From positions 12,480 through 76,479 of the forward strand of contig CAVRKD010000004.1 of assembly GCA_963722185.1 (NCBI GenBank): DNA of 64,000 bases. The letters are read 5' to 3'. Numbering within the stretch: the stretch's first letter is position 1; each line of letters begins with the position of its first letter. Of the stretch, positions 1 through 7,557 are shown piece after piece. Under the pieces are notes generated by a model. That model saw only the letters and a program-made list of their open reading frames with translations, was not told the DNA's origin and did no database searches. This DNA is from an uncultured Actinomycetes bacterium. Its GTDB lineage: Bacteria; Actinomycetota; Acidimicrobiia; Acidimicrobiales; JACCXE01. The translations under genes were made by a program, and so were the position numbers.

Positions 1-203
1 TGCCGATGATGCTGGGCGTCAACGTGCTCGCTGATGTGTGCCTCGCCGGCTACGTCGGACTGCTCGTGCACCTGCGTTCGGCGGCCGCCGAGCGCGACAT
101 GAAGCTGCGCTTCCTCCCGCAATCGCGCGTCGAACTCGACCTGCGCGACGAGGTCAGCGCGTGGGGCGACCTCAACGCCGGCTACGCCGTCGCCGCGCAC
201 TAA
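1..203 (+). CDS. Hypothetical protein, C-terminal fragment; the gene starts upstream of the window
   Basis: The reading frame is open from the window edge to a TAA at 201-203. The first part is hydrophobic (LGVNVLADVCLAGYVGLLV). I recognise no family. Confidence 0.3.
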   Translation, partial: PMMLGVNVLADVCLAGYVGLLVHLRSAAAERDMKLRFLPQSRVELDLRDEVSAWGDLNAGYAVAAH

Positions 204-252
204 CGACGACTTAGTTCCGCTCGGCCTTCGTCTACGCTGAGCGATCCCAAAC

Positions 253-326
253 GGGGGTGTAGCTCAGCCCGGTAGAGCGCTGCGTTCGCAATGCAGAAGT
301 CGTGGGTTCAAGTCCCATCACCTCCA
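253..326 (+). tRNA. tRNA-Ala (anticodon CGC)
   Basis: I folded a 74-nt cloverleaf by hand. The acceptor stem GGGGGTG/CACCTCC carries the G3:U70 alanine identity pair. The D arm is GCTC/GAGC. The anticodon stem is CTGCG/TGCAG with loop TTCGCAA. The T arm is GTGGG-TTCAAGT-CCCAT and the discriminator is A. No CCA is encoded. Confidence 0.93.
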
Positions 327-399
327 CTCTTTGAAGTCAGAGCCGGTCGCGTGCCCGTCGTGTTTCGCGCCCGCGGTCCAGTCGCGACGCTTTCTTATT

Positions 400-430
400 G
401 GATCTGCATCCCGAATCGGGACACAGATCC
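400..430. other. Interrupted inverted repeat (stem-loop) between tRNA-Ala and the SET gene
   Basis: The sequence is GGATCTG-cat-CCCGA-a-TCGGG-aca-CAGATCC. The outer 7-bp and inner 5-bp arms are perfectly complementary. No U-run follows on either strand. Confidence 0.4.
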
Positions 431-453
431 ACCAAGAAGTCACTGGTAAGAAC

Positions 454-963
454 GTGTGCGTGAAAGTCCGCGTTGGCGAGTCGCCGATCGAGGGGAGAGG
501 CCTCTTCGCGGTTGTGACGATTCGTCGCGGCGAGGCGATCTTCGATGACCAACCGGCGGACACGGCCGACGACACGACCGTGGTCATGACCGACGACGAA
601 TTCCGTGCGTACATCGCGACGGTCGAGAAGTACAACGCCGTGGCGATCGGCGACGGCCTGCATCGGGTCAACCTGAACCTCGATGACCCCTCGACGTGCG
701 GAAACCACTCGTGCGACCCGAGCGTGTGGCTCGGCGACGACAAGACCACGCTCGTGGCGCGGCGCGACATCGCCGTCGGCGAAGAAGTCACGACCGACTA
801 CGCCCTGTGGAGCGACACGACCGACTGGGAGATGCGGTGCAACTGCGGGTCGGTGTCTTGCCGCACAGTGCTCACCGGTCAGGACTGGCGGCTCCCCGAG
901 CTACAAGCGGCGTACCGAGGACATTGGCCGGCGTTTCTGGAGGAACGCATCGAGTCGCTCTAG
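454..963 (+). CDS. SET-domain protein methyltransferase (small bacterial type)
   Basis: SET motifs are present: GRGLFA (GxG), CGNHSCDPS (NHSC), EEVTTDY (ExxxDY), and a post-SET CNCGSVSC. The track ORF starts at 331. I prefer the GTG at 454 because the stem-loop at 400-430 lies upstream of it and the resulting size (169 aa) fits small bacterial SET proteins. The start is uncertain. Confidence 0.75.
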   Translation: MCVKVRVGESPIEGRGLFAVVTIRRGEAIFDDQPADTADDTTVVMTDDEFRAYIATVEKYNAVAIGDGLHRVNLNLDDPSTCGNHSCDPSVWLGDDKTTLVARRDIAVGEEVTTDYALWSDTTDWEMRCNCGSVSCRTVLTGQDWRLPELQAAYRGHWPAFLEERIESL

Positions 964-978
964 GGCTCGGGTCGTACT

Positions 979-1764
979 GTGTCGGCCATGCCCAGCGACG
1001 GCTTCCGTGTGATTTGTGAGGTCGAGCCAGCGACGAGGCCGGACCTCATGCACGTGCGGCATCAGATCGGCGTGCTGAGCCGCGTCGCGTCGGCGTTCCT
1101 TATCCCAGACAACCACATCGGGCGGGCAACGGTGTCGAGCATCGCCGTCGCTCATGAAGTGGCGCTGATGGGCGGCCGCTCGATCGCCTGCCTCAACGCG
1201 CGGGACCGCAATGTGCTCGGGTTCCGGCGCGACTTGCTCACGGCGGCGGCGTATGGCGTCGACGAGTTCCTGTTCGTGTACGGCGACCGTCCCGAAAGCG
1301 GGTCGAGATCCGACGATCTGACTGTTCGCTCCATGCTCGACGAAGCTCGCCGTTTCGAGTCGACTGGCGTATCGCGCCCGATGCGACTCGGCGTGACCAC
1401 ACGTCTGCACGCCTTGCCCGAGTGGAAGAAGCGAGCCGACTTTCTCTTCGTGCAGGTCGGCTTCTCAATTGCCGAACTGGTCGCCTGGCGTCAGGGCCTC
1501 GATTTCGACGGCCCGGTGTTCGCCGGGGTTATGGCGCCGGCGTCGGCGTCCATGGCACGGAAACTGTCGACCGACGTTCCGCAACTCGCGGTGCCGGACG
1601 CGCTGATCAACGCCCTCGAGACTGACCCGCAAGCCGGGGTCGACTTCGCGTGCAACATGGTCGCCGCCGTACGCCGCTCGGAACTTTTCGACGGTGTCCA
1701 CCTCATCGCCGTCTCCCGGTACAGGGAAATCGCCGCACGCCTTGAGGCCGTGGGGCAAGACTGA
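979..1764 (+). CDS. Methylenetetrahydrofolate reductase-like protein (short actinobacterial type)
   Basis: The 261-aa product resembles the short MTHFR family recalled from mycobacteria (FRVICEVEPATRPDL, IPDNHIGRATVSSIAVAHE, FLFVQVGFS). It starts 15 nt after the SET stop. Confidence 0.65.
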   Translation: MSAMPSDGFRVICEVEPATRPDLMHVRHQIGVLSRVASAFLIPDNHIGRATVSSIAVAHEVALMGGRSIACLNARDRNVLGFRRDLLTAAAYGVDEFLFVYGDRPESGSRSDDLTVRSMLDEARRFESTGVSRPMRLGVTTRLHALPEWKKRADFLFVQVGFSIAELVAWRQGLDFDGPVFAGVMAPASASMARKLSTDVPQLAVPDALINALETDPQAGVDFACNMVAAVRRSELFDGVHLIAVSRYREIAARLEAVGQD

Positions 1765-1768
1765 CGAC

Positions 1769-2731
1769 GTGACGTCTGGGGCGCCCGTTCTGGCTGTCGA
1801 CGGCTTGTCGAAGTCATATCGCAGTCGGTCGCGCGGTGAGGTGCGGGCGCTCGAGGACGTTTCGTTCTCCGTCGCTCGCGGCGAGATCATCGGGTTGCTC
1901 GGCGCCAACGGCGCCGGCAAGACCACCACGATCAAGTCGGTGTGCGGCTTGGTCACGCCGACGACCGGTTCGATCACGGTCAACGACGTGGATGCCGTGC
2001 GGTCGCGGCGCGTCGCCGCACGGCACTTCACCGCGGTGCTCGAAGGCAACCGCACCGTCTACTGGCGACTGAACGTGCGGGAGAACCTCGAGTACTTCGC
2101 CGCGCTGCGCGGGCTGCGGGCCCGCGACGTCCGATCGACGATCGACGCCCTCGTCGAGCGCTTCAACCTGGTCGACAAGGCCGAGACCCCGGCCATGCAG
2201 CTGTCCCGCGGCATGCAGCAGAAGCTGGCACTGGCCTGCGCCGTGCTGCCGGGGACGCCGCTGCTGTTGCTCGACGAACCGACGCTCGGTCTCGACGTGG
2301 AGACGTCGCACGAACTACGCGGCTACTTGCGCCGGCTGGCCACCGAAGACGGACGCACGATCGTGTTGTCGAGCCACGATATGCAGGTCGTGCGCGACGT
2401 GTGCGACCGCGTGGTAATCATCAACGCCGGCCGCGTGGTCGCCGACGAGACCATCGACAGCCTCGTCAAGCTCTTCAAGGCCCGCTCCTGTCGCGTCACG
2501 CTGACGACACCGCTTGTGGCGCCCACGCAAGCAGCGCTCGGCGCGCAATTCCAAGGGTTCCGTTCGGTGGACGAAACCACGATCGAAGTGGTCCTGAGTG
2601 ACGGCGCGGCGTTCTACGAGCTGTTCGACCTCTTGCGGTCGAGTGGGTGCGAGATCGATGCCGTCGACTCCGTCGACCCCAACCTCGAGGAGATCTTCCT
2701 CAGCATCGTCAAGGGAAGGGCGCCGCGGTGA
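1769..2731 (+). CDS. ABC transporter ATP-binding protein (ABC-2/DrrA-like)
   Basis: Walker A is GANGAGKTT, the signature is LSRGMQQK and Walker B is LLLLDEP. I chose the GTG start at 1769, just after the upstream stop. The track ORF begins at 1694. Confidence 0.85.
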   Translation: MTSGAPVLAVDGLSKSYRSRSRGEVRALEDVSFSVARGEIIGLLGANGAGKTTTIKSVCGLVTPTTGSITVNDVDAVRSRRVAARHFTAVLEGNRTVYWRLNVRENLEYFAALRGLRARDVRSTIDALVERFNLVDKAETPAMQLSRGMQQKLALACAVLPGTPLLLLDEPTLGLDVETSHELRGYLRRLATEDGRTIVLSSHDMQVVRDVCDRVVIINAGRVVADETIDSLVKLFKARSCRVTLTTPLVAPTQAALGAQFQGFRSVDETTIEVVLSDGAAFYELFDLLRSSGCEIDAVDSVDPNLEEIFLSIVKGRAPR

Positions 2732-3498
2732 TCGCGCTGCTCGTCGGTCTGTCGCGCCGCAACCTCATCGAGCTACGTCGGTACGGGTTCGACACCTTCT
2801 TCCAGTTCGCCGGCATCTTCATGCTGTTCACGCTGCTGTTCTGGGGCGCCAAAGGAGTCGGCGGCGCCGACATTCGCAACGGCGACACCCTGCCGGCGAT
2901 CGTCGTCGGGTTCGTCGTGCTCTCGATCGTGCTCGGCAGCTTCTTCACGACATCGCAGTGGCTTACGCAGGAGGCGACCCTCGGCACGCTCGAGCAGATC
3001 GCCATCTCGCCCTTCGGACTGCTCAGGGTTCTGATCGCCGAGTCGATCGCTTCGCTGTGGTTCTTGGCGCTGATCACGAGCGCGATGCTCGTCGGAGCGG
3101 AGGCTGTCAGCGGCCAATGGCTGCACATCGACATCGTCACCCTTGCGCCCCTGATCGCGCTGTTGCTGGTGCAAATGGTCGGGCTGAGCCTCGTCGTCGG
3201 TGGCGCCTCCGTGGTCTTCAAGCGGGTGGCGTCGCTGGCGAACCTGATGCAGTTTGTGTTCCTGGCTCTGGTCTCCTTGCCGATCGAGCAATACCCGGCG
3301 GTGCGCTACATGCCAATCGGGCTCGCCAACCATCTGATCCGAGAGTCGACCGTCAACAAGGTCGGGTTGTCCGACATGTCGGGCGGCGACTTGCTGCAAC
3401 TCGTGCTGCTCGCCAGCGCGTACTTCGCTGTCGGCGTCGTCGTCTTTCTGCGCTGTGAGCGAGTCGCCCGGGAACGTGGCCTCATCGGCGTCCACTAG
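2728..3498 (+). CDS. ABC-2 type transporter permease
   Basis: The product is a multi-TM hydrophobic protein. Its GTG start overlaps the ATPase stop (GTGA). The architecture is that of an ABC-2 permease. Confidence 0.75.
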   Translation: MIALLVGLSRRNLIELRRYGFDTFFQFAGIFMLFTLLFWGAKGVGGADIRNGDTLPAIVVGFVVLSIVLGSFFTTSQWLTQEATLGTLEQIAISPFGLLRVLIAESIASLWFLALITSAMLVGAEAVSGQWLHIDIVTLAPLIALLLVQMVGLSLVVGGASVVFKRVASLANLMQFVFLALVSLPIEQYPAVRYMPIGLANHLIRESTVNKVGLSDMSGGDLLQLVLLASAYFAVGVVVFLRCERVARERGLIGVH

Positions 3499-3617
3499 AG
3501 CCGCTGTCGCTGGGCGGCGCCGGCGGCCTCGTCGTGCGCCGTCGCTTCGTACCAGTTCGACCGCGCCCGTGTCCGCCTGGGCCACGCGCCGCCGACGCGC
3601 TGACGAACCGTCTTCGC

Positions 3618-4295
3618 TCAGCTCGCGGCGAGTGCCGCCTCGCTGGCTGCTGAACGCTCCGCCTGCTCGATGAGTTCCGCGGCGATGCCGCGGCGCGGTT
3701 GGATGACCGCGTCGATCAGGCCGTACTGCACGGCCTCGTGAGCGGTGAGGTAGTAGTCGCGGTCGATGTCGCGCTCGACTTGCTCGAGTGACTGACCGGA
3801 GTGGTGGGCGATGATTTGCGCCATCCGCTTGGTCGTGGAGAGAACCTCTCGCAAGTGAATCTCCATGTCGCGCGGGGCGCCGTTCGCACCGGCGGACCCT
3901 TGGTGAATCATGATCTTGGCGCTCGGCAACGCGAACCGCTTCCCCGGCGCGCCGCCGCACAGGATCATCGCCGCGGCCGACATCCCCATCCCGACGCAGA
4001 TGGTGGAGACCTCGGCTTGGGTGTGCTGCATCACGTCGTAGATCGCCATGCCGCCATAGGCGAGACCGCCGGGGGAGTTGATGTAGAGCGAGATGTCCTT
4101 CTCCGGATCCTGGGCGTCGAGGTAGAGGATCTCGGCGACGAGCAGGTTGGCGATCTGGTCGTCCACCTCCTGGCCGAGGAAGACGATGCGCTCCTTGAGT
4201 AGGAGCGAGTAGATGTCGAAGGCGCGGTCGCCCCGGCTCGACTGGTCGATGACGGTGGGAATCACGGACTGGCGCAGGCTGGTCATGCCTTTCAC
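3618..4295 (-). CDS. clpP: ATP-dependent Clp protease proteolytic subunit ClpP (catalytic triad present)
   Basis: Motifs IVFLGQEVDD and LYINSPGG are present. The Ser lies in GMGMSAAAM, the His in IMIHQG and the Asp in DIDRDYYLTA. There is an Ala-rich C-terminal extension. An alternative ATG start lies at 4286. Confidence 0.9.
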   Translation of the reverse strand: MKGMTSLRQSVIPTVIDQSSRGDRAFDIYSLLLKERIVFLGQEVDDQIANLLVAEILYLDAQDPEKDISLYINSPGGLAYGGMAIYDVMQHTQAEVSTICVGMGMSAAAMILCGGAPGKRFALPSAKIMIHQGSAGANGAPRDMEIHLREVLSTTKRMAQIIAHHSGQSLEQVERDIDRDYYLTAHEAVQYGLIDAVIQPRRGIAAELIEQAERSAASEAALAAS

Positions 4296-4313
4296 TATCT
4301 CATATTCGAGATA
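4296..4313. promoter_or_regulatory. AT-rich perfect inverted repeat in the divergent clpP/XRE control region (candidate operator)
   Basis: I read TATCTC-ATATTC-GAGATA directly from the sequence. It is a local AT-rich island between two divergent start codons. Confidence 0.4.
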
Positions 4314-4315
4314 TC

Positions 4316-4582
4316 ATGTTTGACGTGAGCCCGCGCCGGCACGACCCCGTGTTTCCCGGCTTCAAAGAGATGGCCGAAGGCCGCCGCGCCCTCGCTGCCG
4401 CCCTCACGGCGCGCCGCGTCGAGCTTGGGCTATCGCAAACCGAGATCGGCGCCCGCATGCGCACCTCGCAATCGGCGGTGGCGCGCCTCGAGTCCGGCGA
4501 CGCCGACGTGCGCCTTTCGACCCTCGAGCGCTACGCCGCGGCGTTGGGGCAACGGCTCGAATGGCGGCTCGACGATGACTGA
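4316..4582 (+). CDS. XRE-family helix-turn-helix transcriptional regulator (ClgR/PopR-like genomic context)
   Basis: The HTH_3 signature is LGLSQTEIGARMRTSQSAVARLESG. An alternative start at ATG 4370 would give 70 aa. The stop overlaps the next gene's start by 8 nt. Confidence 0.8.
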   Translation: MFDVSPRRHDPVFPGFKEMAEGRRALAAALTARRVELGLSQTEIGARMRTSQSAVARLESGDADVRLSTLERYAAALGQRLEWRLDDD

Positions 4583-5117
4583 CCTGTCTCGTTCGAGCGA
4601 CGACTGGTTGCAGGAGCGACTGCTTGATCGGCGTCTCGTTTTCCTGCGCGGCGTCCTGGACGACGAGCTCGCCGGGCGCGTCGCCCTCGAGCTGATGGCC
4701 CTCGACGCCACGGGTGATGATCCGATCAACTTGTACGTCGACAGTCCGAGCGGAACCTTCGAAGGCGCGTTCACCGTGATCGACACGATCGACTTAGTGG
4801 GCATCGACGTTGTGACCACGGCAATGGGCCGCGTCGAAGGGCCGGCAGTAGGAGTAGTCGCCGCGGGCCACCATCGCCGGGCGACTCCGAACGCGCGGTT
4901 CCGCCTCAGTCAGCCCGACCACACGATGACGGGCCGCGCCACCGAACTGGAGACCTGGGCGCGTCATCGCAACGAGCAGCTAGCGAACTTCGTCGCGCGC
5001 CTCGCCCTGGCCACCCGTCAGCCGCCGGAGCACATCGAGCACGCGTTAGACCGAGGCCTGTATCTCGACGCCGCCGCAGCGTTGCACTACCGCCTAGTTG
5101 ACGAGATCCTGCAGTAG
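4575..5117 (+). CDS. ClpP-fold paralog lacking the Ser-His-Asp triad (ClpR-like pseudoprotease)
   Basis: The product is collinear with ClpP (RLVFLRGVLDD, INLYVDSPSG, RFRLSQPD, LYLDAAAALHYRLVDEI). In my hand alignment the Ser column is E/G (GRVEGPAVG), the His column is S (RLSQP) and the Asp column is G (LDRGLYL). Confidence 0.75.
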   Translation: MTDLSRSSDDWLQERLLDRRLVFLRGVLDDELAGRVALELMALDATGDDPINLYVDSPSGTFEGAFTVIDTIDLVGIDVVTTAMGRVEGPAVGVVAAGHHRRATPNARFRLSQPDHTMTGRATELETWARHRNEQLANFVARLALATRQPPEHIEHALDRGLYLDAAAALHYRLVDEILQ

Positions 5118-5154
5118 GTGACTCGCGTGCGCGGAGTGGTTTGGCTCGACGTTC

Positions 5155-5584
5155 GTGTATCCGTTCCTCGGCGCGCAGTCGGCCAAGCGCAAGGGCATCG
5201 AGGGCGCAGCCATTTCCGACGCCGTTATCGCGACCGCCAAGATCGTCACCACACCGTTCGTCTATGGCGCGCTCGTCTTCGGATTGCTGATGGTCGCTCT
5301 GGGCGACAGCTACGACTGGGCTGACACCTTCGTGCAGGTCTCGATCACGTTGCTCATCGTGGCGATCGCGTTCTGCGGCGTTCGTGCACGTCCCCAACCT
5401 CGAGGCGATGAACAAGCTCGCCGCCGAGCTAGCCGGCATGGGCCCGCCGCCCGCGGGCGCGAGCGGACCACCGGCCCAAGCCGTCGAGCTCGAAACGCGC
5501 GGCAAGGCGGCTGCCCGCAACGGCGGCGTTCTGCACGTCCTGTTCGCGGTCGTCCTCGTCCTGATGATCTGGAAGCCGCGCTGA
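5155..5584 (+). pseudogene. Integral membrane protein, reading frame interrupted by a +1 shift near 5378-5381
   Basis: The frame-1 part (TM-rich, VYGALVFGLLMVAL, ITLLIVAIAFCG) continues sensibly in frame 2 (FVHVPNLEAMNKLAAEL ... VLHVLFAVVLVLMIWKPR). Deleting one G at about 5380 joins the two parts. The N-terminus is also uncertain. Confidence 0.4.
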
Positions 5585-5601
5585 AAGCGCGTCCCGGCTA
5601 G

Positions 5602-7407
5602 CTAACAGCTCAAGCACTTGGTGGTGTGCTTGTGCCCGTCCTGCTCGTGGTCGGGGTCGCCGCCCATCTTCGGGTCGTCGGAGACCGAGACGGCTTCGGG
5701 ATCGTTGAAGGCTTCGGTTTCGGCTGTCGACCACCCGCCCTGGACGTAGCGCTTGCCGACGTTCATCTTCATGATCATGCCGGGGCCGGAGATGCCACGT
5801 TCGTCCGGGCCGCTGACCTTCCCGTCGTAGTACACCTCCATGAAGTCCTTGATCGCCGTGGGGTAGGCACGGGTGAAGAACGAGGTAGGCGTCGCCGGTG
5901 TGCCACCGCTCTTGGGATAGGCGAACATGCCGGCCGCGTAGCTCTGCGGCGTCAACTTGGCCCCGGCCATCTGGATGCCGGTGAAGACGAGGCGGGGGAC
6001 CGAAGCGTAGATGTTGATTAGCACGCCTTCGTCGCCGTCCGCCATGTTCGGGTTTCCGTGGTGCGTCTCGCGCCACCCGTACGACTTTTGCACGGTGGCC
6101 CACGTCACCCATAGCGGTGAGATGCCGAAGGCGTGCTGCCACTGCGTCTGGTCGTAGAGGCGCCCGGCGGCGGTCGTGTCGGAGAGACCCGATCCCGTGA
6201 TGATCCACTCGGGGAAGTAGCTCTGGTTGGTGGCGGCCTGGGTGATAAGGATCGGTGACAGCGGGTCCACGAACATGACCAATGAGGTCACGGCATCGCC
6301 GTGGAACTTGATCATCATGTTGGTGAAGTCCTGCTGGTTGCGTCCCGGGTCGTACGTGTAGGCGAAGATGTCGCCGTCGCCGAACTTGGCGCCGTGTTTC
6401 GCCATCTCAGCTACAAGCGAGTCCTTGGCGCGCTTGCCCTCGGGGTCAGCCTTGCCCTTCACGCCTTCGAGATAGATGAGGCCGAACTTGCGCTTCGCCG
6501 TCTGCTGCGGCAGCCAGCCTTGACCGACGAATTTCGCTTGGCGGTTCCACAGCTTCTTGCCGATGTACTCGCCCAACATCTGGCTGTACTCCGTCGAGGT
6601 CGGCAGCGACCCGAAGATGTACGGGTTTTGCGACTGGTAGAAGTCGCTCGACAAGGTCACCGTGCAGATGCAGATGATGTTGCGGGCGGCCATCTCGACG
6701 GCGAAGACCTTCGGTCCACCCCACACGAGGAAAGGCTTGAGCTTCGTGGCGATGTCGATGGCGTCGGCCTTCGCCTGCTCTTCGTTCTCGGGTTCGCCCG
6801 TTGCGCCGTAGTCCTGAAACACGACGTGGCGCCCGTAGGTTTCGTAGTGCTGGTTGAAGTAGGTGAACAGCGCCTTGTAGGCGTTGGTCACCACTTGGGG
6901 GTCGTCGCCGAGCTTCGCGCTTTCGAGGATCGCCTCCGTCGCCGGGTCGACCTTGGGGATGTAGCGCACGATCAGGATCTGGTCCTTGGTCACGCCCGGC
7001 GATGTCGTGCCGCCGTTGTTGCTGCCCTTCACCCAGTTCGCACATGGCGGGGCGACGCGCTCGATCGAGATTTGTCGACCGTCGGCGCGGCAGTTCGGAC
7101 CGGTGCCGAAGGCCGCATTCGCGGCTGCGCCGCCGGTCGTTGGGCCACCGGTCGTCCCGCCGGATGACGTGTTCCCGCTGCCCCCGCTCGCGACGGTGCC
7201 GTCGGGCAACGTCGAGTCGGTGACCACCTGGTCGGTGTTGCCCGCCACGTTCGAGCCGCCCACGGCGAGGTTGCCGTTGCCGGTGCCGGTGTCGACGCTC
7301 GAGTCAGACGACTTGTTCTTCGCCGGCGTCAAGATCACGAGCAACGCCAACGCGACGACGATGACGACTGCCGCGCCGTAGCGGTCGACAGCCTGCCGAA
7401 GTGTCAT
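5602..7407 (-). CDS. Membrane-anchored ABC substrate-binding protein, distant Liv/type I periplasmic-binding fold
   Basis: The start is the ATG at 7407, preceded by GGGGGGA. There is an N-terminal TM anchor (AAVVIVVALALLVILTP) and a Gly/Thr/Ser-rich linker. The large binding domain lies divergent from Liv-type permease/ATPase genes. The track ORF extends to 7554. Confidence 0.72.
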   Translation of the reverse strand: MTLRQAVDRYGAAVVIVVALALLVILTPAKNKSSDSSVDTGTGNGNLAVGGSNVAGNTDQVVTDSTLPDGTVASGGSGNTSSGGTTGGPTTGGAAANAAFGTGPNCRADGRQISIERVAPPCANWVKGSNNGGTTSPGVTKDQILIVRYIPKVDPATEAILESAKLGDDPQVVTNAYKALFTYFNQHYETYGRHVVFQDYGATGEPENEEQAKADAIDIATKLKPFLVWGGPKVFAVEMAARNIICICTVTLSSDFYQSQNPYIFGSLPTSTEYSQMLGEYIGKKLWNRQAKFVGQGWLPQQTAKRKFGLIYLEGVKGKADPEGKRAKDSLVAEMAKHGAKFGDGDIFAYTYDPGRNQQDFTNMMIKFHGDAVTSLVMFVDPLSPILITQAATNQSYFPEWIITGSGLSDTTAAGRLYDQTQWQHAFGISPLWVTWATVQKSYGWRETHHGNPNMADGDEGVLINIYASVPRLVFTGIQMAGAKLTPQSYAAGMFAYPKSGGTPATPTSFFTRAYPTAIKDFMEVYYDGKVSGPDERGISGPGMIMKMNVGKRYVQGGWSTAETEAFNDPEAVSVSDDPKMGGDPDHEQDGHKHTTKCLSC

Positions 7408-7557
7408 TTGTTCAGGTCCCCCCTGTTGTGTCCCAGCCGACAATTCCGCGTGTGCGCGGCTTATGCTGCGGCGCACTGTACGCCGCGGCGTGCACAAGTG
7501 CTCGTCAGGTACGCGCCTGTGGGGACGAACACGGCAAAACAGAGGGGGGAACAACAG

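Noticed and set aside
253-3498. An integrated genomic island or prophage at tRNA-Ala.
   Set aside because: No integrase, excisionase or phage genes are present. I could find no second copy of the tRNA 3' end in the window. Only the SET gene looks compositionally slightly different.
3618-3700. The ClpP C-terminal end EAALAAS as an SsrA-like degradation tag.
   Set aside because: The resemblance to the ALAA tag end is only four residues, and the protein ends in Ser. This is too weak to claim.
2773-3960. Very long ORFs antisense to or overlapping well-supported genes. Examples are 2773-3960, 8584-9804, 23060-24235, 26629-29151, 47890-49104, 54932-56083 and 61140-62354.
   Set aside because: Their products are Arg/Pro/Gly/Ala-rich low-complexity sequence with no recognisable motifs. 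They lie opposite genes with clear family signatures. Such shadow ORFs are expected in high-GC DNA because stop codons are rare.
4296-4313. A match of the clpP/XRE palindrome to the published ClgR operator.
   Set aside because: The ClgR-type motif as I recall it is CGC-N5-GCG based and GC-containing. The element here, TATCTC-N6-GAGATA, does not resemble it. I therefore report it only as a generic candidate operator.
7408-7557. The upstream extension of the fused ABC importer ORF from 7408, and the extension of the binding-protein ORF to 7554.
   Set aside because: The two extensions would overlap each other across the divergent promoter region and encode Arg/Cys-rich sequence. Good ribosome-binding sites precede the internal starts at 7558 and 7407.
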